A stretch of 64,000 nt of DNA from Candidatus Peribacteria bacterium (GCA_003483925.1 DMXL01000004.1:8242-72241); one strand, 5' to 3'. Shown: positions 44,579 through 53,833, numbered from the stretch's first letter. The notes: generated by a model from the sequence alone, not told the origin. Made by a program: numbers and translations.

Positions 44579-44785
44579 TTGCGGGAACGGAACCTTTCAG
44601 GGCTGATACTATTGTCTCACATCCTCTCTTCCATAACAAGATCACGAAACGGCTTTTCTCACAGTTATACATACAAGGTGGCGCGCCGAAGTTTCGGCGG
44701 GCATCCGTGCAAGATATGCGGGGCGCGGATTCCGGGAAATAAGTCGTACTGTGCGGCGTGCTATTACAAGTACATCAAGAAGTAG
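44579..44785 (+). CDS. Possible small zinc-ribbon ORF (start uncertain)
   Basis: C-terminal CKICGARIPGNKSYCAACY (CxxC-x11-CxxC). The N-terminal part looks non-coding. Confidence 0.25.
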   Translation: MRERNLSGLILLSHILSSITRSRNGFSHSYTYKVARRSFGGHPCKICGARIPGNKSYCAACYYKYIKK

Positions 44786-45548
44786 GTGTTGGCTGATCCA
44801 AGGGAATCACTTTCTCTAAAATTGATTGGCCTTGCTCCCCACTTCCATATCCAACAACGGCACCGATTTTTCGGCGAAGGAATTTTTCTCCATCTCGCGT
44901 ATATATCGGCACACGCTTCCTCGCCCCATTGAACTTCTCGCGATCTAGCTTTCGGAGCCAATCGTCGGTAAGCCAAGGGCAGTTGTGAAAGTATATACAA
45001 GCTTCAAGCCTCAGAGCATCTTCACCAAACATCTGAACACAGCGAGCGTGAATTTCTTCCATCCGAGACTCCAGCTGACGAGGAGGACATTTGGCATCCT
45101 GTGATTTGCCATGTGCAACTGTTGCCACGCTCTCCTTGTCCATGGAGTCAGCAATATCAAACCAATCCTCCTTGCTCCACTGCTTCAATTCGACAAGGAT
45201 AGCGTTATTGCACTCGTTTCGACTCTGGCCGCAAATGATCGCATCAATTCTTCTCCATGTATCCAGTCGTGCTTCCAGGATCACAATCTGATTGCGTGAA
45301 ATATTCGATTCGGCAATGACTTTTGCAAGGGCGCGAGGCGAGTGGTGCCAAGAATTGATCTCAGGAGGCTTAGGAGGATTGTTGGGGTGGAAATGATGGT
45401 GTGCCGCTTTCAGGATTCGTGCAAAGTAGCCCTCTTTTTTGGCATCATCCAGATACCGCCGCACCGGTTCGGCGTAGTACCAATGTGTTGAGACAAGATT
45501 GGACATAAAGGGAGGCATTTTATCACAAATTGGAGTAATATAAGCCAA
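44775..45548 (-). CDS. PD-(D/E)xK nuclease-like protein resembling the N-terminal module of DUF2075-type proteins, without the ATPase
   Basis: IVILEARLDTWRRIDAIICGQ...NAILVELKQWS gives E...D...ELK in the order expected for a restriction-endonuclease-like fold. The gene is low-GC. Confidence 0.55.
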   Translation of the reverse strand: MAYITPICDKMPPFMSNLVSTHWYYAEPVRRYLDDAKKEGYFARILKAAHHHFHPNNPPKPPEINSWHHSPRALAKVIAESNISRNQIVILEARLDTWRRIDAIICGQSRNECNNAILVELKQWSKEDWFDIADSMDKESVATVAHGKSQDAKCPPRQLESRMEEIHARCVQMFGEDALRLEACIYFHNCPWLTDDWLRKLDREKFNGARKRVPIYTRDGEKFLRRKIGAVVGYGSGEQGQSILEKVIPLDQPTPTS

Positions 45549-45551
45549 TCC

Positions 45552-46400
45552 ATGATTTTGCTATTCTCAGAAATTCCAGGGCACCGGGACCAGCTTGGGA
45601 ATAAGAACAGGTCCATCTTTCGCATTGCGTCAGCAAAAGAATTTCCTATCCTTGAGGCAGGTTCGGCATTTATTATTCTTTCAGATGAACAAGAATTGCG
45701 AAGAAATACTGGCTTACTCGAGGATAAATTTGGATGTTTGAGAAGAGAATCAGACAAGTTTTTTGACTCGATATTGCGGCAGAAAGCGCCAAGTGGGTGG
45801 CGACTCCAGGAAATACTTATACCGTCATCCAATTTACGAACGAATGAAGAAATCCACATATTTCGTTCTGCTCAATATCCCGAACAGATGATTATTGTTG
45901 CGGATTCTTTGGATCGAATACTCATAGATATACAACTGTTCACACAAGGTGAGACTGTTCATGCTATATACAATCACTTCCAAGCAGCTATCAACAGATA
46001 TGCAATGAGACAGGCAGAAATTCTTCTCAAGTTGGAGCCACAATCAGCAGAGGAGGCACAACTACTTAAACGAAGCACAACTGATCTCCATATTCAATGG
46101 CAGTTGGCGAGAGAATTCTTTGGCCATCAGCATGATTGGACCAATGTTATGCAGAAAATTGAGTTGGCAAAGCAGCATGCTATTGATCGGTTATCATATT
46201 TTCCAGTGGTAAGCCCTATAACAGCTGCAATTATTGCTGGAGGCAATGTAGTCGCAGGTGGCGATATCAGGGTTAATTCAAACAACGTTCGTAATACCAA
46301 ACCAGAACATAATTGGAAGCGCATTCTCATTGAGATTGTTGTGGGTGTTCTTGTCGTGGCGATAGGAGGTTATTTGCTCTTCGTGTTTGGCTGGAATTAA
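45552..46400 (+). CDS. Hypothetical protein with a single C-terminal TM helix
   Basis: 282-aa low-GC ORF ending in WKRILIEIVVGVLVVAIGGYLLFVFGWN. The start is uncertain because it sits only 4 nt from the divergent gene's start; the next in-frame Met is at 45888. Confidence 0.5.
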   Translation: MILLFSEIPGHRDQLGNKNRSIFRIASAKEFPILEAGSAFIILSDEQELRRNTGLLEDKFGCLRRESDKFFDSILRQKAPSGWRLQEILIPSSNLRTNEEIHIFRSAQYPEQMIIVADSLDRILIDIQLFTQGETVHAIYNHFQAAINRYAMRQAEILLKLEPQSAEEAQLLKRSTTDLHIQWQLAREFFGHQHDWTNVMQKIELAKQHAIDRLSYFPVVSPITAAIIAGGNVVAGGDIRVNSNNVRNTKPEHNWKRILIEIVVGVLVVAIGGYLLFVFGWN

Positions 46401-46401
46401 C

Positions 46402-49305
46402 TCATGATTTTTCGATAATTGCTTTTTCCTCTTCCGTCAGCCCATACAACTCATACACCAACTCATCAATCTTCCGATCCGTTACCTCGATTTGACGCTT
46501 AAGGGACTCTTGATCGTGCGGAGTTTTCGGATGCAGTTTGTGTAACGAAAGCATTTTATCAACAAGATTGATGATTTGTTCTTTAACATGCATATTTGAA
46601 TTTATGCATAGCGGCAAGCTATTTAACTCGCCAATTCGTATCTCTGGGAAAGTGTTTTCCGTACGGTCATATCTCTTCTTGAAATAGAAAGCTATTAGCC
46701 GACTACCGAGAAGAGCTGCGACATATTTGCTATCAACACTTCCATTCCGGGGCTTTACCGTGTGCAGTAATTGATCTGCAATTAATAAATCCGAGACTGG
46801 ACACAAAACTAATCGATCTCCGACAATCCTACGAATTAATACTCTCGGTCCAGAGAACAGGTCTATCGTTCTTGGTTCTGCTAGATGCACACCGTATTTA
46901 ATCCATGACCCACCAGAATAGATTTGATAAGGTGTGATGTGCTTTCCTCGAATATAGGGATAAAAACTGGAATCAATTTTTTTATCTGATTCGAATAGTT
47001 TTTGTTTTGCCTCCTGTTCTGTCTGAGGCGGGAGACCTTTTCCAACTTGATAAACCTTTACGCCAAATCTTACATCACATGTATTTGATAATGGCTCTCC
47101 AATTTTTTCAATTTTATTTAAAATAGAAATGTCCGTTGCAGAAACAGATAAATTAAAAACTAGATTGGGATTTGATCGCCAACACATCGGAGTAATCTTA
47201 TGAGTTTTGAACTCAAGTTGGCTCTCATAATTCTCAATAACGATTGGTGTGTTTAGATCCGATGATTTTCTGGAAATAGCAATGAACACAATAGGTAATA
47301 CTGTTGCACCTGAAAAAACACTGACATTTCGAAAGTCACCTATTCTTTGAATCTGGCTAACTTCCATGACATATTTTCTTAATAAATAATAATGTTCATT
47401 GTTTAGCCAAGTATTTGGAGTAATAAATCCTAAATAACCGTCTTTTCTAAGTAAGTCATATGCCTTTTGAAGAAAAAGGGCATATAGATCATATTGATCT
47501 GTCATACAGGAAAATTTTGTTTTGAAATACGAGCGTAATTTCCGCATTTCATCTTCCCATTCTCTTCCTGCTAAGTATGGAGGATTCCCGATCACCGCAT
47601 CGAACCCCGGATTTGCGCGTTTGAAGACCTGCGGGAAAGCCGGTTCCCAATCGAAGACATTGATGCGCTGACGATCGGTATCTTCTGTCGCAAGGAGTGT
47701 CTGTTGCTCACCGTCATAGAAATCCGACCCGATGAGAGAATTGCCACACTTGATATTGGCCCCCAGGTCCGGCAGCACACGCTCACGCATGCCGGAGAGC
47801 TGCTGCTGCGCCGTCAGCCCCGTTTCGCCCTCCAAGACTTTGAGCAAGAGCGAGAGCTTGGTGACCTCCACAGCCTGCGGATCGATGTCCACGCCGAAGA
47901 TAGTGGAGAGGAGGATGCGCTTGCGCTCGGAGATGGAAAGGCGGTAGCCCGTGTCGTGAGCCCGCACGTCTGGTTCGACGGGCTCACCATGACGTGCTGA
48001 GATGCTACAAAGCTCCTTCTTCCACTTCTTTGGATCGTGTTCCAAGTAATACTTCAAATGCCAGTCGAGCAGGTACTGGTACGCACCGAGGAGGAAGGAA
48101 CCGGAGCCGCAGGCGGGGTCCACGATCTTGAGCTCCGCGACTTTCTTGGGGGTCTTGCTTTCGAGGAGCTTGCCCACCGTGTGCTCGACGATGTAGTCCA
48201 CGATGTACTTGGGCGTGTAGTACACGCCGCCCGCCTTGCGGACTTCGGGCTTCTCCTCGACTTTGGCATGGTGGCCTTCCGTGAGGCGGATGACTTTTCC
48301 CAGGAATTGCTCGTAGACATGCCCGAGGATGTCAGGCGGGATGACGGCGAACGCATAGGGGCCGTCGTAGAGACTGGCGATAATTTCCTTGAGCACCGCG
48401 TCATCAATCGTGAGATGCGGCGTAACCATATCCGGCGGCTCGCCTTGGCCCTTCTCCTCTCGGAAGTGGAAGAGCCCGGAGTTGTAGCGGCCATCGGCGT
48501 CGCGGAAGAGCTGCTTCAAGCGCTCGTAGGTATCGGAGCCGCTCATTTCCGCCATGAGCCTGCCGTACTGCTCGATCCCTCGATCTTCGCAGATCCTCAG
48601 GAAGATCATGCGGTCGATGGTCTGCTGGACGGCGTAGTTCATCTCCTGCTGACCCAGCGTGGGATTGCGATTAGCGATGTTCTTCGCAAGAAGCTCCCGC
48701 CAGTGCTCGATCTCCTTCAAAAATTCATCATCCACTTCCTGTGTGCCGTGCCGCTTCTCGCCCGCATACTTGTCGAAGGAACCTTGGAGAACGGCATCCT
48801 TGGAGAAGATAGCCGCAATCTCATCCCAGCGTGCCGCATACTCCTCGAAAGTGAAGAGATGAATGCGGGCAACCGATGCCTTGTCGGCGCTCTTGGGACG
48901 GCTGCGGCAGTCATAGACGGCGAACTCCTCGAAGTCCGTGAGGATGGAGAGGGGGAGCTTGGCGGACCACGCGTAGCGACGTAACTGGTAGGCGGGCCCC
49001 GGCGCACCCTTGATATCCACGGATGGCTTCTTGGCTTCTACGAAGAATTTGCGATCGTGTCCGATGCGCATGCAGTAGTCGGGAGCCTTCATAGCATCCC
49101 CGATGCGAATGGCATCTTCGTGGATCACTTCTTTGAAAGCCTCTGCATGTCCTTGGGTATTGCGTACGTCCCACCCCAATGTTTCGAGGAAAGGATCGAG
49201 GAACTCCACGCGTAGCGAGGCTTCTTTGTATCGCGACGCCTTCAGTTCATCACGCTTGCGCTTGAATTGCTCGACAAGGGTAAGTATTTCCTTTGGTGCG
49301 GGCAT
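46402..49305 (-). CDS. Type IIG restriction-modification enzyme (PD-(D/E)xK nuclease + gamma-class N6-adenine methyltransferase + specificity domain)
   Basis: N-terminal nuclease block APDYCMRIGHDRKFFVEAKKPS. Methyltransferase motif I is VDPACGSGSFLLGA and motif IV is VIGNPPYL. The long C-terminal region is TaqI/Eco57I-type. Confidence 0.85.
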   Translation of the reverse strand: MPAPKEILTLVEQFKRKRDELKASRYKEASLRVEFLDPFLETLGWDVRNTQGHAEAFKEVIHEDAIRIGDAMKAPDYCMRIGHDRKFFVEAKKPSVDIKGAPGPAYQLRRYAWSAKLPLSILTDFEEFAVYDCRSRPKSADKASVARIHLFTFEEYAARWDEIAAIFSKDAVLQGSFDKYAGEKRHGTQEVDDEFLKEIEHWRELLAKNIANRNPTLGQQEMNYAVQQTIDRMIFLRICEDRGIEQYGRLMAEMSGSDTYERLKQLFRDADGRYNSGLFHFREEKGQGEPPDMVTPHLTIDDAVLKEIIASLYDGPYAFAVIPPDILGHVYEQFLGKVIRLTEGHHAKVEEKPEVRKAGGVYYTPKYIVDYIVEHTVGKLLESKTPKKVAELKIVDPACGSGSFLLGAYQYLLDWHLKYYLEHDPKKWKKELCSISARHGEPVEPDVRAHDTGYRLSISERKRILLSTIFGVDIDPQAVEVTKLSLLLKVLEGETGLTAQQQLSGMRERVLPDLGANIKCGNSLIGSDFYDGEQQTLLATEDTDRQRINVFDWEPAFPQVFKRANPGFDAVIGNPPYLAGREWEDEMRKLRSYFKTKFSCMTDQYDLYALFLQKAYDLLRKDGYLGFITPNTWLNNEHYYLLRKYVMEVSQIQRIGDFRNVSVFSGATVLPIVFIAISRKSSDLNTPIVIENYESQLEFKTHKITPMCWRSNPNLVFNLSVSATDISILNKIEKIGEPLSNTCDVRFGVKVYQVGKGLPPQTEQEAKQKLFESDKKIDSSFYPYIRGKHITPYQIYSGGSWIKYGVHLAEPRTIDLFSGPRVLIRRIVGDRLVLCPVSDLLIADQLLHTVKPRNGSVDSKYVAALLGSRLIAFYFKKRYDRTENTFPEIRIGELNSLPLCINSNMHVKEQIINLVDKMLSLHKLHPKTPHDQESLKRQIEVTDRKIDELVYELYGLTEEEKAIIEKS

Positions 49306-49412
49306 TTGTAGGAACTATAGCGCTATACGGAATGGAGCGGAAAAGAATAAGTCTCATATTTTACAAAATATGAGACGAATATGGACTTAGGTCGCACTCG
49401 TGGGATGTATCG

Positions 49413-50504
49413 CTAAACGATGGCTATTAGCTTTGGAAATACAAATAATGCAGGCCTTCCCCGTACGCCCTTTCTGACCAAATCAATGGTTCCGCCCTTT
49501 TGGAGCTGCTGAAGTATACGAAGAGCAGTTGCACGGGGAATCCGCGAAGTAGTTATAAAGTCAGTGCTGTTGAAAATTGGATTTTTAAAAAGAAAATCAA
49601 GAGCTTCAACCGTGTATTGCGAATGGGTTAGGGCACGGAGGCGCTCCTTCTTCTTGTCGTAGAGCTGATGTATAGCCCTTGCCTTTTGAATATTCATCTT
49701 TGATTGTTCGATTACGGCTCTTAGGAAATAGCTGATCCACCCATTCCAGTCATCATGTTGAGAAATCCCAAGAAGGCCATCGTAATATTCTCGCCGATGA
49801 CTCTCAAAATATTCACTAATGTAGAACATGGGGGACGATAGGACACCCTTGAAAGAGAGAAAGAGTGGCATGAGCATTCTTCCAACGCGACCGTTGCCGT
49901 CTGCAAAAGGATGAATGAGTTCAAACTGAGCATGAATAATTGCGAGCTGTACGAGCTTGTCTTTCTCATCTCCATGTATGTACTTTTCAAGATTGGAAAA
50001 ATAGCTCTCTACTTCTTGTGGAGGTGGAGGAATATAAAAGGCTTCCTCAATGGGTCTGCCAGGTCTGCCAATGTGTACTTGCGATCTCCTGAAATTTCCT
50101 CGATCGGCATTATGGCCTCGAACATTCTCCAATAGAATGGCATGAGCTTCTTTAATAAGACGCCCGCTCAACGAGATATTTTCCATGTTTTGAATAGAGT
50201 GACGCATTGCTCTCCGATAATTGAGAATGAGATCAATATCTCCGCCCTTTTTATTCTCTCTTTCCGGTTCAGCCTCAAATCGCAGCACATCCTCGAGAGA
50301 GGCTTCTGTTCCTTCGATCTTGGAAGAAAGAACGGCCTCGTTTGTTTCTAAAGGAGAGAGAAGGACTTGCGGATTTGGAAGGCTTTGTAATAGGCCATCG
50401 AAGCGGGCGACTTCCGCATTTGCGGGTCCGATGAGATGGACGAACCTCTCCCATTGGAGCTCAGTAAGTGGGAGGTGTTTTGGATCAAATGGCTTGATCA
50501 TCAA
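49413..50504 (-). CDS. Fic family protein with C-terminal winged-helix
   Basis: The Fic motif is HPFADGNGRVGRMLM. An N-terminal Fic_N-like region is also present. Confidence 0.9.
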   Translation of the reverse strand: MMIKPFDPKHLPLTELQWERFVHLIGPANAEVARFDGLLQSLPNPQVLLSPLETNEAVLSSKIEGTEASLEDVLRFEAEPERENKKGGDIDLILNYRRAMRHSIQNMENISLSGRLIKEAHAILLENVRGHNADRGNFRRSQVHIGRPGRPIEEAFYIPPPPQEVESYFSNLEKYIHGDEKDKLVQLAIIHAQFELIHPFADGNGRVGRMLMPLFLSFKGVLSSPMFYISEYFESHRREYYDGLLGISQHDDWNGWISYFLRAVIEQSKMNIQKARAIHQLYDKKKERLRALTHSQYTVEALDFLFKNPIFNSTDFITTSRIPRATALRILQQLQKGGTIDLVRKGVRGRPALFVFPKLIAIV

Positions 50505-50549
50505 TCGTTGGAAGAATCGTACATAGTATATGCCAATACAGCTCGAAAT

Positions 50550-50621
50550 AAACGAGAGGGAATACCCTTCGGACGAAACCTTTGGTGTGCCCTCTCATCG
50601 TGATGGAATCATCATACTGCG
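50550..50621 (+). repeat. 72-nt structured repeat (copy 1)
   Basis: 67/72 identical by eye to 56534-56605. It has the stems GAGAGGG...CCCTCTC and TGATG-GAAT-CATCA. Confidence 0.8.
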
Positions 50622-50711
50622 ATCCGGGGCCTAACCAACGAGAATAGTGAGATAGGGTGGCTCATTCTTGCCGAATATTTCCTCGTTTCGCATCACTATG
50701 CTGCGAAAGCT

Positions 50712-50727
50712 GTTAACCAACTCTTAA
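50712..50727 (+). promoter_or_regulatory. GTTAA-N6-CTTAA motif copy
   Basis: GTTAAccaactCTTAA lies 65 nt upstream of the ATG at 50792. Confidence 0.35.
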
Positions 50728-50791
50728 ACCCTCCTCCCTATACTCCCCTTTGCTTAAGCGCGTTTTCTATTTCGTTCTCCCCTATTCCCCT

Positions 50792-51502
50792 ATGAAATTA
50801 TCCTCTTTTACTCTCGGCGCTGTTGCCGGACTCTCGGCTATGGCGCTCGCGGTCCCCTTCGCGGCGCAGATCGTGGGCGCGCAGACCACTTCGGCTCCTT
50901 CCGGCGAGCGGTCCCGTCCCGTGCCTACACAGGCATGCGTGCTCGCTCTCGCGGAGCAGGAAGGGACCTATCTCTCGACAGTCGACACGTTGATCGCAGC
51001 GCGGAAGTCCGCCATGCAGATCCACAAGGATGCCCTCACGGCTGCTTCTGCTATCGCAGATGATGCGCAGCGTGCGGCCGCTGTCCAGAAAGCCAACGAC
51101 GACCTGCGTGCGGCCATGGAAGCCGCCAGGAAAGCGCAGGGGGACGGGAAGACACAGATGGATGCCCTGAAAACGGCCTGCGGCGACAGCGCTTTCCGCG
51201 GGTTCGGCCCCATGATGGGCGGCGGCATGCCGGGGTTCGGCGGGCGCGGCATGGGCATGCAGGCAAGAGGGGAGGGGCGTGGCCCCGGCCCCAGGACGGA
51301 CGTACTCGCAGAAAAACTCGGCATGACCGAGGATGAACTGCAGGCGGCGCTCGAGAGCGGTCAGACGATCGAGCAGATCGCAGAAAGCAAGGGTATCACG
51401 CTTCCGGCCCGCCAAGAGAAGGGCAAGGGCATGATGCGCGGCGGCTGGGGTCGCGGCGGCGCACCGTCGGATGCGACGAGCAGTTCCTCTTCACAACCCT
51501 AG
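50792..51502 (+). CDS. Secreted helical / Gly-Met-rich protein with MTEDEL-AAL-SGxTI module
   Basis: Signal peptide MKLSSFTLGAVAGLSAMALAVPFAAQ. It has the GFGPMMGGGMPGFGGRGMGM tract and the C-terminal LGMTEDELQAALESGQTIEQIAESKGITLP. Confidence 0.7.
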   Translation: MKLSSFTLGAVAGLSAMALAVPFAAQIVGAQTTSAPSGERSRPVPTQACVLALAEQEGTYLSTVDTLIAARKSAMQIHKDALTAASAIADDAQRAAAVQKANDDLRAAMEAARKAQGDGKTQMDALKTACGDSAFRGFGPMMGGGMPGFGGRGMGMQARGEGRGPGPRTDVLAEKLGMTEDELQAALESGQTIEQIAESKGITLPARQEKGKGMMRGGWGRGGAPSDATSSSSSQP

Positions 51503-51814
51503 AATCACTCTTCCATCGGCATCCGGAAGGCCGCCGGGAAGGGCGGCCTTTTGGATAAGAAGGAGGGATTCTTCTTTCGCCGCAACCGGGGCCCCTGTGT
51601 CATCCTGAGCGGAGTCGAAGGATGAACACGGGGGCCATGACAAAGTGTGTCGCGCTTCGTGGTTCGACTCCGCTCACCATGACACGAGCTCAGCGCGACA
51701 CCCTTTATGTAGACACGTAAGGTACTCAGGATGACACCTAGGCTTCCTAGCTCCAAAGGGATAGTCGCTTAAAAAGATTCTTCTTTCGCCGCGTCATCCG
51801 GTGGGGATATCTGT

Positions 51815-52426
51815 CTACAACCCCGGGCCGGCAGCATCTGCAGATACGACCAGCCGTTCACTGTAGTTCTTCCGGGCCGTGTCCCAGGCGCCGCTGCAGG
51901 TCACGAGATTCAGATGGCTCCCATCGCTGCTGCGAAAGAGATCCGGAGCATACTCATTGGACGGAAGCGTGCGCATTTCCCGTACGACGAACGGAACGAA
52001 TTTCCCCTTGTCCGTCTCGACGGACAGGATGTCCCCCTTGCGCAGCGCATCCAAATGCCGGAACACCGCCGTTTTCCCGCCATACCAGTCCAGATGTCCG
52101 GCCAGCACGGCGCTGCCCTTCTCCCCCGGACGCGATCCGAGGCTGTACCACCCCACCGTGTCAGGATTGCCCGGCGCATCCATCATCCCCTTCGACGTAC
52201 GGCCGACGGGCTCGATGGCCGCATCCACGCCGATGCTCGGAATCCTCAGACGGACCGGAGCACCCACGCTTGCCCGGGACGGTCGCAGGAGAGTCAAACC
52301 TTGCGTCGGCCTCTGCGGGATAGCAGGGCTCTCCGCCCGGAGAGCGGGTGGACCGAACAGGCAGGACGCACATCCGATATTAGCGAAGATGAACAGTACC
52401 GCTTTTGAGAGAGCTTCTGTATACAT
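51815..52426 (-). CDS. Sortase (class E/F-like)
   Basis: N-terminal anchor, LRIPSIGVDAAIEPVG, AVLAGHLDWYG, and the catalytic LNLVTCSG plus ERLVV. Confidence 0.85.
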   Translation of the reverse strand: MYTEALSKAVLFIFANIGCASCLFGPPALRAESPAIPQRPTQGLTLLRPSRASVGAPVRLRIPSIGVDAAIEPVGRTSKGMMDAPGNPDTVGWYSLGSRPGEKGSAVLAGHLDWYGGKTAVFRHLDALRKGDILSVETDKGKFVPFVVREMRTLPSNEYAPDLFRSSDGSHLNLVTCSGAWDTARKNYSERLVVSADAAGPGL

Positions 52427-53498
52427 TCAGGAAGAGAGAAGAAAGATTCCGGAGGAGGAGCTCCAAGGAACTCCCGAAGGATTCTTGCGTTTCGACTCCT
52501 GCATCGCCCACTCCCGTATTCGGCAGGAGCGGCACGGGCGTCGGGGCAGGCGCAGGCGGGGGAACGTAAACGGGACGGGAGCGCACTGACGATGCGCGGG
52601 ACGAAGCGGCTGAAGAAGAGCGGACGGAGCTGCTGCGCGCACTCGATGCCTGCACACTGCTGTTCGAGTGAGACGAGGACGCGGATGACGTCGGCACACT
52701 GCTGCTGGAGGCGGCGGACGAGCTTGTGACGCTGCTCGATGACGATGACGAAGACGATGAAGCGGCTGCGCAGATCGTGAGGAAGTTCGTGTCGGTTGTC
52801 ACCGTTCCGCCGAATGCCAGAGCCATTCCTGTCCACGTGGTGTTCGCGCCCACTGTGATGCCCGCATCGTCCATGACGATTCCCGCGAACGTCGTATTGG
52901 CGGCAAGCGTCGTGGCCTGGGTCGGTGTCCAGAATACGCTGCAAGCCGATGCGCCGATCAGGGTGACGATCGCGCCGGCCGTCGATGTCAGCGCGCCGCC
53001 GGACCTGAAGATGTACGTTCCGTTACCGCTGAGGATAAGCGGACCGCCCACATTCATCGCTCCCGTGCTGCAGTACACGCCGGGAACATACACGCCGAGA
53101 AGACCGTGTGTCGTATCCGTGGAGAGGTTGATTGCTCCGGACGGGAACGTGAAGGTGCACGGTTGGGAAGCCAGGGAAGAGAGGGCGATGCCCTGATCGG
53201 TGCCTGCCAAAGCATAGGGGGCGCCGGATCCGTAGTGCGCATGCGCGCCTGCGGGAGTCACGGCCGGTCCCGTGGTAAATCCCACGTCTCCGTTGATCGT
53301 CGTTCCCGCGGATGTGTTGGTGAAGGTACTCGCGAGAACACCGTAGGTTGCCGCTGCTCCGAGCGAGGGCGTCGTTGCCGCCTGCGCCGCAGGGACGAAG
53401 GGTGCCGCCATCGAAACGATCAGGAGCAAGGGCAGGAGTTTCAACCGCGGGGAACTCGATTGGGCCGGGATCCTCAGGGCAGAAGGGAGACTGAACAT
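52380..53498 (-). CDS. Ice-binding-like (DUF3494) surface protein with Ser-rich stalk and LPNTG motif
   Basis: LGAAATYGVLASTFTNTSAGTTINGDVGFTTGPAVTP and the beta-solenoid-like repeats are DUF3494-like. A long poly-Ser region and LLPNTG near the C-terminus follow. Confidence 0.75.
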   Translation of the reverse strand: MFSLPSALRIPAQSSSPRLKLLPLLLIVSMAAPFVPAAQAATTPSLGAAATYGVLASTFTNTSAGTTINGDVGFTTGPAVTPAGAHAHYGSGAPYALAGTDQGIALSSLASQPCTFTFPSGAINLSTDTTHGLLGVYVPGVYCSTGAMNVGGPLILSGNGTYIFRSGGALTSTAGAIVTLIGASACSVFWTPTQATTLAANTTFAGIVMDDAGITVGANTTWTGMALAFGGTVTTDTNFLTICAAASSSSSSSSSSVTSSSAASSSSVPTSSASSSHSNSSVQASSARSSSVRSSSAASSRASSVRSRPVYVPPPAPAPTPVPLLPNTGVGDAGVETQESFGSSLELLLRNLSSLFLNVYRSSLKSGTVHLR

Positions 53499-53833
53499 GT
53501 GTGGGTGGAGAAAGAAGGTATATCATAATCCTTATTTGAGAAATAGCAAGCAGCTGATGGGGTTTCGCTGCTGCCAAGAGCCGGTGCCGGGGGGGGACGC
53601 CACGACCGTCCTTCGTGGTTCGTCGGGCTCACCATGACATGGCTCACCATGATGTATCTTGTTTCTTCCAAAAAAGGGAAGGGAGGGAAGGGGGAGGGAG
53701 AGAGTGGTTTGGAGGGAGAGGAAACAATGTCATCCTGAGCCTGTCGAAGGGCGGACAAGGTTCCCTCTCCCTCCAAGGAAGGAAAAAGTACCAATAACCA
53801 AGCAGAAGCATCCGAGCGGAGGTGCCCTTCCCC

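Noticed and set aside
50550-50621. The 72-nt repeat as a tRNA or tRNA-like gene, given its length.
   Set aside because: There is no cloverleaf, no T-loop GTTCRANYC and no acceptor pairing between the ends.
51596-51630. The CTGAGC...CGAAGG core of the dispersed element as a hammerhead ribozyme.
   Set aside because: The hammerhead CUGANGA and GAAA cores, and the three-stem junction, are not present. The resemblance is limited to CUGA and CGAA.
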